Shown here piece after piece: positions 58,017-64,000 of a stretch of 64,000 bases of DNA. How positions within the stretch are numbered: position 1 is the stretch's first letter; every line of letters begins with the position of its first letter. The stretch is from Candidatus Omnitrophota bacterium (GTDB lineage: Bacteria > Omnitrophota > Gorgyraeia > Zapsychrales > Fredricksoniimonadaceae), in contig CAIUQE010000035.1 of NCBI GenBank assembly GCA_903901225.1, forward strand, positions 9,249 to 73,248, written 5' to 3'. A program made the position numbers and the translations under genes. The notes beneath the pieces are model-generated. The model did no database searches. It was given only the letters and a program-made list of their open reading frames with translations, and had not been told where the DNA came from.

Positions 58017-59046
58017 AGCCATCCATCACGGGCTGGAGGACCGTTATCCGGGAGCGTCGACGGTCGTTGACGCGCTGGACCTTACCACGCCGTTCTTTCG
58101 CCATGCCTATACCCAGGGTTACGAATTCATGGTCGGGAAGATCCCGGTGTTCTGGGGAATGTTCTTTTGGCTCACCGACCAGGCCTGGTTCCTGCCGGTC
58201 TTCCGCGCCATCCGTCGCGTCTATAACGGGCTTAACGCCACGCGCCTCGTGGCTTTCCTGAAGAAAGAAAAGTTCGACTGCGTCGTGGCGACGCATTTCT
58301 TTGCCGCGGAGGTGTGCGGCCATCTGCGCCGCACGGGGCAGCTCGGCGGAAAGCTGGTCGTTGTTGTGACGGATTTCGACGTGCATAAAATATGGCTTGT
58401 CCCGGGCGTCGATGAATACTGCGTGGCGAGCGAGTACACCAAAAGGCGCCTGGTGTCGCTTGGAGTGGATGAGAGTAAAATATTCATTACCGGCATCCCG
58501 CTGGATGAGAAATTCACCCGGCCGCGCGACAAGGCCGGGATGCGCCGCAAGCTCGGCCTTGACTCGGAGGCGTTCACGGTCCTTATCTCAACAAGTTCAT
58601 TCGGTTTCGGGCCTATCGAGGAATTGGCCGGATACCTGGCCACGTTGCAGCTCATTATCATTTGCGGGAACAACAAGGAACTCCAGGCGCGGATCGCGGC
58701 GCGGTCCAATCCGCGGCACAAGCCTTTCGGGTTCGTCAATAACATGGAAGAGATGATGGCTGCCGCCGACGTCATGGTCACGAAGCCCGGCGGCCTTTCG
58801 GTCACGGAAGCGCTGGCCAATAACCTTCCCCTTGTTTTCTTCAGCGCGATCCCGGGTCAGGAAGCCGGGAATATCCATGTCCTGGCGATCAATGGCATCG
58901 GCCTGAGCGGCATGCCGTTGCGCGACCTTTGTTCCGAGGTCCTCGGCCTGGCCGCGTCCCCGGCGGCCCTGGCGCAGGCGCGGGAGAGGACCCGCATCCT
59001 GGCCAGGCCTGATTCCGTCCGGGATATCATTGCCCGTCTGGTATGA
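57937..59046 (+). CDS. GT28-family glycosyltransferase (MGDG-synthase/UgtP/MurG-like)
   Basis: N-terminal ILIIHATAGAGHRKAAEAI and a C-terminal GT28 domain. Confidence 0.7.
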   Translation: MKPQNSSSPGILIIHATAGAGHRKAAEAIHHGLEDRYPGASTVVDALDLTTPFFRHAYTQGYEFMVGKIPVFWGMFFWLTDQAWFLPVFRAIRRVYNGLNATRLVAFLKKEKFDCVVATHFFAAEVCGHLRRTGQLGGKLVVVVTDFDVHKIWLVPGVDEYCVASEYTKRRLVSLGVDESKIFITGIPLDEKFTRPRDKAGMRRKLGLDSEAFTVLISTSSFGFGPIEELAGYLATLQLIIICGNNKELQARIAARSNPRHKPFGFVNNMEEMMAAADVMVTKPGGLSVTEALANNLPLVFFSAIPGQEAGNIHVLAINGIGLSGMPLRDLCSEVLGLAASPAALAQARERTRILARPDSVRDIIARLV

Positions 59047-60704
59047 CACGGCCTTTGATCGCCCAGGTCGTGGTCGGGGTCCCCGTGGAAGGCCCTTTCG
59101 ATTATCTCATTCCTGATGAACTTTCCGCCAAAGTCGCGGCAGGGCAGCGCGTCCTTGTCCGTTTCGCCGGCCGCAAGCGCGTGGGTGTCATAGTGCGGCT
59201 TCTGGCGAACACGGAACATACGGGGAAATTGAGCGTCCTGATGAATGTCCTGGACGCGGCCCCTGTGTTTTCACCGGAGTTCATCCGGCTGGCCGATGTT
59301 TTCGCGCGGCGGTTCGCCTGCACCACGGGTGAGGCGTTTGAACTTTTCCTGCCTGCGTACCTGAGAGAAGCGAAGATCGCCGCGGTAACACCGCATGGCC
59401 CGCGCGCGCCTCAAGGCCCTTTCTCCGTCGACATGATATTTGATCGCGGGCAAACGAAGCGCTGGGATATCCTGTTACCGCGCATTACCGCAACCTTGCG
59501 CGAAGGGTACGGGGTCCTTGTCCTCGTCCCCGATTCCGCCAGGCTTGCGGATGTCCTTGCGAAGCTGGGCCCTCTGGCCAAAGCCGAAGAGCGCGTGTTC
59601 CTGGCGCAGGACACTCCCAAAAAGGAATATGACCGCTGGCTCAAGGCCCGCAACGGCCAGGCCCGGCTGGTCGTGGGTTTTGTGTCGGCGGTATTTGCCC
59701 CCGTGCAGCGCCTGGGGCTTGTTGTCGTGATCGACGAGGAGAGCGCGGCTTACAAGAACGACCAGTCGCCTTTTTATCACGCGCGAGACGTCGCGTTCGC
59801 GCGCGCGGCCATCGAAGGATGCGCGCTTGTCTGCGTTTCCAGCGCCCCGTCGGCTGAAATGTGGCACAAGGCCGGCGCGGGGGAGGCGTCCCTGACCCGC
59901 CTTGATGAGGCGCTGGCGCCCGTCAAGCTTTTGGACCTGACGAATTTCAAGATGAAAAAAGGGACATATGTTTCCCCGGGATTGCGGCAGCTGATCGAAA
60001 CGACGCTGAAGAACGGGCACAAGGCCCTCTGTTATATCCAGGCCGCGCGCGGCGTCGCGGGGGTTGTTGCCGAGATAAAAAAGATATTTTCCTCGGCCCG
60101 GGTCGAAGGGTATGACAAGGCGTCGGCCGCGCTTGGCACCGATGCCGATATCCTCGTCGTGACACAAGCGGTGTTCCGGCATCGCGCCTCCTTCAAGGCC
60201 GCTCTCACGGTGGTGCTCGATATTGACTGGGAATTTCACAAACATCATTATCAGGCGGCCCAGGGCGCGTTCGCCCTGGTTCAGTATTTACGCCAGATGA
60301 CCCAGGAGCAGGTGGTCCTGCAGACCCGTAACGCGGCCGATCCTTTGTTGCAGGCCCTCGCGGCGCCGGACCCGGCGGCGTTCTATGATCGCGAGCTGGC
60401 CCAGCGGCGTGCCATGGAACTGCCGCCGTTCGCGACGCATGTCACGATCATCCTGCGCTCAGCCGACTTTGAGCTGGCTTGCGGGGAAGCCAAAAGGTTG
60501 TATGATATCCTTGATCCTTTACGCTCCGGGGATGTGATGGTCCTTGAGCCGCAGGAAGACCGCGCGGCGATCGTGCGCGGTAAGTTTCGTTTTTGCGTGA
60601 CGCTGCAGGGGCCCGACAGGGACGTGGTTGTCGGGATCGTCAAGGGCGCGTTGAAGGCCTTCAGGCCGAGGAAAGGCACGGTGGTTACCGTGAACGTGGA
60701 TTAA
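59043..60704 (+). CDS. PriA-like protein lacking helicase catalytic motifs (degenerate primosomal protein N')
   Basis: N-terminal 3'BD (VPVEGPFDYLIPD) and C-terminal domain (VVLQT...RRAMELPPFATHV) align to PriA. Walker A is absent, DEEH reads DEES, there is no Cys4 zinc finger and no motif VI arginines. Confidence 0.65.
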   Translation: MTRPLIAQVVVGVPVEGPFDYLIPDELSAKVAAGQRVLVRFAGRKRVGVIVRLLANTEHTGKLSVLMNVLDAAPVFSPEFIRLADVFARRFACTTGEAFELFLPAYLREAKIAAVTPHGPRAPQGPFSVDMIFDRGQTKRWDILLPRITATLREGYGVLVLVPDSARLADVLAKLGPLAKAEERVFLAQDTPKKEYDRWLKARNGQARLVVGFVSAVFAPVQRLGLVVVIDEESAAYKNDQSPFYHARDVAFARAAIEGCALVCVSSAPSAEMWHKAGAGEASLTRLDEALAPVKLLDLTNFKMKKGTYVSPGLRQLIETTLKNGHKALCYIQAARGVAGVVAEIKKIFSSARVEGYDKASAALGTDADILVVTQAVFRHRASFKAALTVVLDIDWEFHKHHYQAAQGAFALVQYLRQMTQEQVVLQTRNAADPLLQALAAPDPAAFYDRELAQRRAMELPPFATHVTIILRSADFELACGEAKRLYDILDPLRSGDVMVLEPQEDRAAIVRGKFRFCVTLQGPDRDVVVGIVKGALKAFRPRKGTVVTVNVD

Positions 60705-60706
60705 TC

Positions 60707-61636
60707 ATGCGGATCGTTTTTTTCGGCTGCGATGATTTCGCGGCGATCAACTTGTTGCATCTGATCGACCGTGGGCATCATATCGTCGGGCTCGTCACAC
60801 AGCCGGACAAGCCCAAGGGCCGCGGTTTGCGCGTCACGTATTCTCCCACCAAGCATATTGCCATGCTCAACGGGATCGCGCTGTTCCAGCCGGACTCCTT
60901 GAAGAATCCCGTTCTGGTGAGCCGTTTGGCCTGGTTCCACGCGGATATTTTCGTCGTTATCGCTTACGGGAAGATCCTTCCCGCGGAAGTCCTGGCTTTG
61001 CCGAAGCATTTTTGCGTCAACCTGCACGCGTCATTATTGCCCCGGCACAGGGGCGCGGCTCCGATCAACTGGGCTATCATCCACGGTGATACTGAAACGG
61101 GCGTGACGCTCATGAAGATGGATGAGGGCATGGACACGGGGGATATCATCGCCCAGGCCGCGTGCCCCATTGCCGACGATATGACGTCGGCTGAACTGCG
61201 CGCCAGGCTGGCCGATATGGGCGCGCGGCTTTTATCGGATTCACTGGAGCAGATAAAGTCCGGCGGCCACACGATCAAGCCACAGGATGCGGCGGGGGTC
61301 ACGCGCGCGCCCAAGATGCACAAGGACCTCGGGCATATCCGCTGGGACCGCACGGCGAAAGAGATCCATGACCTTGTCCGCGGGGTCCAGCCATGGCCCG
61401 GCGCTTTTACGTTCTGGGGCGCGACGCGGCTGAAGGTCCTGGAAGCCGAGGCGGCCGTGGCACAGGGAAAAGGCCGGCCGGGGGAGATCGTCGAGCTGCA
61501 CAAGGACGGTTTTTACGTCCAGGCCGCTGACAGCGCGGTGATCGTTAAGCGCGTGGTCCCGGCTGGTTCCCACGCCATGGACGCGCGGGCGTTCCTCGCC
61601 GGGCACAAGCTCAAGGTCGGGGATGTTTTAGGGTAG
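60707..61636 (+). CDS. fmt: methionyl-tRNA formyltransferase
   Basis: Formyltransferase motifs N..SLLP..RG..P and HGDTETG. 309 aa. Confidence 0.9.
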   Translation: MRIVFFGCDDFAAINLLHLIDRGHHIVGLVTQPDKPKGRGLRVTYSPTKHIAMLNGIALFQPDSLKNPVLVSRLAWFHADIFVVIAYGKILPAEVLALPKHFCVNLHASLLPRHRGAAPINWAIIHGDTETGVTLMKMDEGMDTGDIIAQAACPIADDMTSAELRARLADMGARLLSDSLEQIKSGGHTIKPQDAAGVTRAPKMHKDLGHIRWDRTAKEIHDLVRGVQPWPGAFTFWGATRLKVLEAEAAVAQGKGRPGEIVELHKDGFYVQAADSAVIVKRVVPAGSHAMDARAFLAGHKLKVGDVLG

Positions 61637-61662
61637 GTTTATTCGCTGGTAATGGAGGTGGC

Positions 61663-62820
61663 ATGGTTTCTGTAATATTGGTTATCGTCGGTTCTACGGT
61701 TGTCACATTGCTGGCTGTTATGGGTATTGCCTACAGTCTCAGCCGGGTCTCGGATCCTTCTTTAAAAGCGCTGCTGACAGGTTTTGGCGGCCGGCCGGCA
61801 TGGTTCAACAATGGCGCGATGGATGTCGATGGCCGCGCCGTGCGCGTGGTGTATACGCCGCGCGGCAGGAATATGCCCTCACGCCTGACGGTCGCCTTAA
61901 AGGGGGATTTCTTCGCGCACGCGATCTTTCGTTCGGAGACACAGGCAGACCGTATTTCCAAAGAAATAGGATTGAACCGGGAGATCCAGCTGTATGACCC
62001 GGCTTTCGACAGCGCGGTTTACGTCGAGTGCGAGGATGAGCCTTTTGTCCGGCAGTTGCTGGGGGCGCGTGAGGCCAAAGAACGCGTCGGCCGCATCCTC
62101 AGGGCCTTTACATCTTTAGAGATCGATGGCAAAGAATGCCGGATCATTAAATCCCCTTGTGATGATAATGCCGGATTGGGGCAGGATATATTGATGGAGG
62201 CCGTGCGTGCCCTGGTTGCCTTGACCGCTGATATTTCGTTGCCTGCGCCGGGACAGGCGTCAGCAACGCCTCTGACCGATGAAAGCCGGCGAACAACGGG
62301 ATTCTTTGTTGCTTTTGCCGGAGTTGTCCTGGTTACCGGTATTTTCCTGTGGATATGGGGTCTGGTCGCGTTCCCACCGGTATTGCCGGGAAAGGCGTTC
62401 ATGTCATCGCTCGTGATCAGCGGGACCCTGGGGTTTCCTTTCTTGTTGTATATTTATACTCAGCTCAAGGGGCTGTCCACGGCGTCGCGGTATTTTTTGT
62501 TGACGGCTATTTTAGGCGGCGCGGGTATCCTGTTTTTGTGCTGGGGCGGGTTGATGGTCCTCAACGGCAGTCAGGATGTTTCGCCTCTCGCCGTGCACCA
62601 CGTGGGGGTGACGGAAAAAAATATCACGCATTCCAAAAATTCGACAACGTATCATGTCACGGTTCTGTCCTGGGAACGCGGCTTCGCGACGTATTCGTTC
62701 AGCGTGCCGCAGTCCATGTATGCCAGGATCGAGCCCGGTGATACCTGCGCGATCGGGACCCGGGGAGGGTTGTTCGCCCTGGAATGGGTGGCGTCGAAAG
62801 AATGCCAGCCGTCGCGCTAA
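61663..62820 (+). CDS. hypothetical polytopic membrane protein
   Basis: N-terminal TM helix, ~180 aa soluble region, then 4-5 C-terminal TM helices. Confidence 0.5.
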   Translation: MVSVILVIVGSTVVTLLAVMGIAYSLSRVSDPSLKALLTGFGGRPAWFNNGAMDVDGRAVRVVYTPRGRNMPSRLTVALKGDFFAHAIFRSETQADRISKEIGLNREIQLYDPAFDSAVYVECEDEPFVRQLLGAREAKERVGRILRAFTSLEIDGKECRIIKSPCDDNAGLGQDILMEAVRALVALTADISLPAPGQASATPLTDESRRTTGFFVAFAGVVLVTGIFLWIWGLVAFPPVLPGKAFMSSLVISGTLGFPFLLYIYTQLKGLSTASRYFLLTAILGGAGILFLCWGGLMVLNGSQDVSPLAVHHVGVTEKNITHSKNSTTYHVTVLSWERGFATYSFSVPQSMYARIEPGDTCAIGTRGGLFALEWVASKECQPSR

Positions 62821-62844
62821 GGCCTGGAGAGAAAGAGAATTGTC

Positions 62845-64000
62845 ATGATCGACCTGGTCGCCGTCATATTTATTTTCGCGCTCCGGCTGTGGATATGGAA
62901 ATTCTTCCCGTCCCTCGAGTCCGGCATCAAGGACGACCTGTCGAACATGATCATCGCCAGCTGTATTTTCACCCTGGCGGCTTTCTTTTTTTCAAGGAAG
63001 ATGTTCCGGCGGGAGACGTGCTTTAAAAGCGGACTCGAAGCGCCGCTGACGTTATTTATTGCCGCCGCGGCCCTGTCCCTGGGTTGGACCGTCGACCAGG
63101 GGGCGAGCGTCAGGGCGCTGGTGATGCTCCTGGCGTATGTGGTCTATTTCTATATTCTCCTTGATGTTTTTGCCGACACAGGGCGGCGCAGGTTCTTTCT
63201 CTGGGCGTTCCTCGCCGGAGGTTTACTGGTGGGGGCCCTGGGGGTCAATGACATTATCATCCTTAACCAGACACCGGCCGCGACGATCGAGGCCGCGCGC
63301 CTGACGAACAGGAGCCTGTATTACATCCTGACGCACAAGCGGGCGTGTTCGCTGTTCGGCTGGCCGAATGTCCTGGTCGCGTTCCTGATGCTGGTCCTGC
63401 CGCTGGCGGCCGCTTTTTTCATGTCGGTGAAAAATATTGCCGGGAAAGTCCTCGTCGCGCTGGTCGGGTGCGTGTGCGTGGCAGCCTTCTTTTTCACGTT
63501 CTCCTTCCTTGGCTGGAGCATCTTTCTGGCCGCGTCGGCATTCATGTTCATTGTCCTGGCGCGGACCGGGGTGATTGCGATCAGGCCGGCCGTGTTGCGT
63601 TTCGGGGGCGTTGCCGTTGTTCTGGCCGCGCTTTTGTTCGCGGGTGTTATCCATAAAAAGAATTTTGGTGAATCCATGACGCCGCGCAAGGAATACTGGC
63701 GCGTGGTCTGCGCCGTGATCGGGGAGCATCCGTTGGCGGGCACCGGGTTCGGGACATACCGTTACGCTTCGTCGAAATTTGTGACCTCGCTGGAGGCGTT
63801 GACCGCTTTCCCGCATAACAGCTACGCCCAGATATGGGCTGAAACGGGGCTTGCGGGGCTTGCGGGCATGCTCTGGCTCATTGTCCTGCTCGTACTTCGC
63901 GCATGGGAAAAGTTGCGGCGCCTGCGCGATGAGAAGGAGGCGTGGTTCCTGGCCGCCGCCATCTGGGGGCTGGGGGCGTTCCTTGTGGAGAATATCAACA
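62845..64000 (+). CDS. O-antigen ligase (Wzy_C/WaaL)-family membrane protein; 3' end outside window
   Basis: Multi-TM protein with the ...FPHNSYAQIWAETGLAGL... ligase signature. No stop before the window edge, so it is absent from the ORF track. Confidence 0.65.
   Translation, partial: MIDLVAVIFIFALRLWIWKFFPSLESGIKDDLSNMIIASCIFTLAAFFFSRKMFRRETCFKSGLEAPLTLFIAAAALSLGWTVDQGASVRALVMLLAYVVYFYILLDVFADTGRRRFFLWAFLAGGLLVGALGVNDIIILNQTPAATIEAARLTNRSLYYILTHKRACSLFGWPNVLVAFLMLVLPLAAAFFMSVKNIAGKVLVALVGCVCVAAFFFTFSFLGWSIFLAASAFMFIVLARTGVIAIRPAVLRFGGVAVVLAALLFAGVIHKKNFGESMTPRKEYWRVVCAVIGEHPLAGTGFGTYRYASSKFVTSLEALTAFPHNSYAQIWAETGLAGLAGMLWLIVLLVLRAWEKLRRLRDEKEAWFLAAAIWGLGAFLVENIN

Noticed and set aside
1-64000. 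tRNA/rRNA genes, CRISPR arrays, IS elements/transposases, integrases
   Set aside because: No tRNA T-arm (GGTTCGAATCC-like) or rRNA signatures, no regularly spaced direct repeats, and no transposase/integrase-like ORFs were seen. The only interspersed repeat is the 21-nt hairpin family.

Overview
This is a high-GC (~60%) bacterial chromosomal window from a diderm organism; secretin and LptD genes are present, and almost all real genes lie on the + strand. Gene order is as follows. (1) The window opens with the end of a secretin operon. (2) A giant secreted GHKL-ATPase protein (2947-6819) is followed convergently by a RelE/AbrB-type toxin-antitoxin pair. (3) Housekeeping genes follow: a TPR/SPOR protein, miaA, hflX, a MORN-repeat protein, and the hrcA-grpE-dnaK-dnaJ-fmdB heat-shock operon. 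(4) A second giant protein (17180-21202), paralogous to the first, is followed convergently by an AbiEii/AbiEi module. (5) Next come a DUF1015 gene, accD, an MFS transporter, a MalK/UgpC-like ATPase, two tandem GGDEF cyclases, a ROK kinase and lptD. (6) A ~25 kb glycan/LPS biosynthesis cluster spans 33890-59046: Ugd, UXS, a TPP alpha/beta pair, a B12 radical SAM, heptose-nucleotide genes (HddA/HddC/GmhB-like), two DegT homologues, two SPASM radical SAMs, four methyltransferases, eight glycosyltransferases and an MsbA-like ABC exporter. (7) The window closes with a degenerate PriA, fmt, a membrane protein and an O-antigen-ligase-family gene. I found no tRNA or rRNA genes, no CRISPR array and no transposase. 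The most unusual signals are: (a) a REPIN-like doublet of 21-nt GC hairpins with compensatory stem changes, present three times, twice in frame at homologous positions inside the two giant paralogues and once intergenic; (b) the mosaic build of the giant genes, with GC-rich conserved 5' (~1 kb) and 3' (~200 bp) ends around an AT-rich variable core, each gene ending 17-18 bp from a convergent TA module; (c) a consensus sigma70 promoter fused to a CIRCE-like element and a terminator hairpin upstream of the MORN gene and hrcA operon; (d) a glycan cluster unusually rich in radical-SAM, TPP and methyltransferase enzymes; (e) a PriA homologue lacking all ATPase, zinc-finger and arginine-finger motifs.
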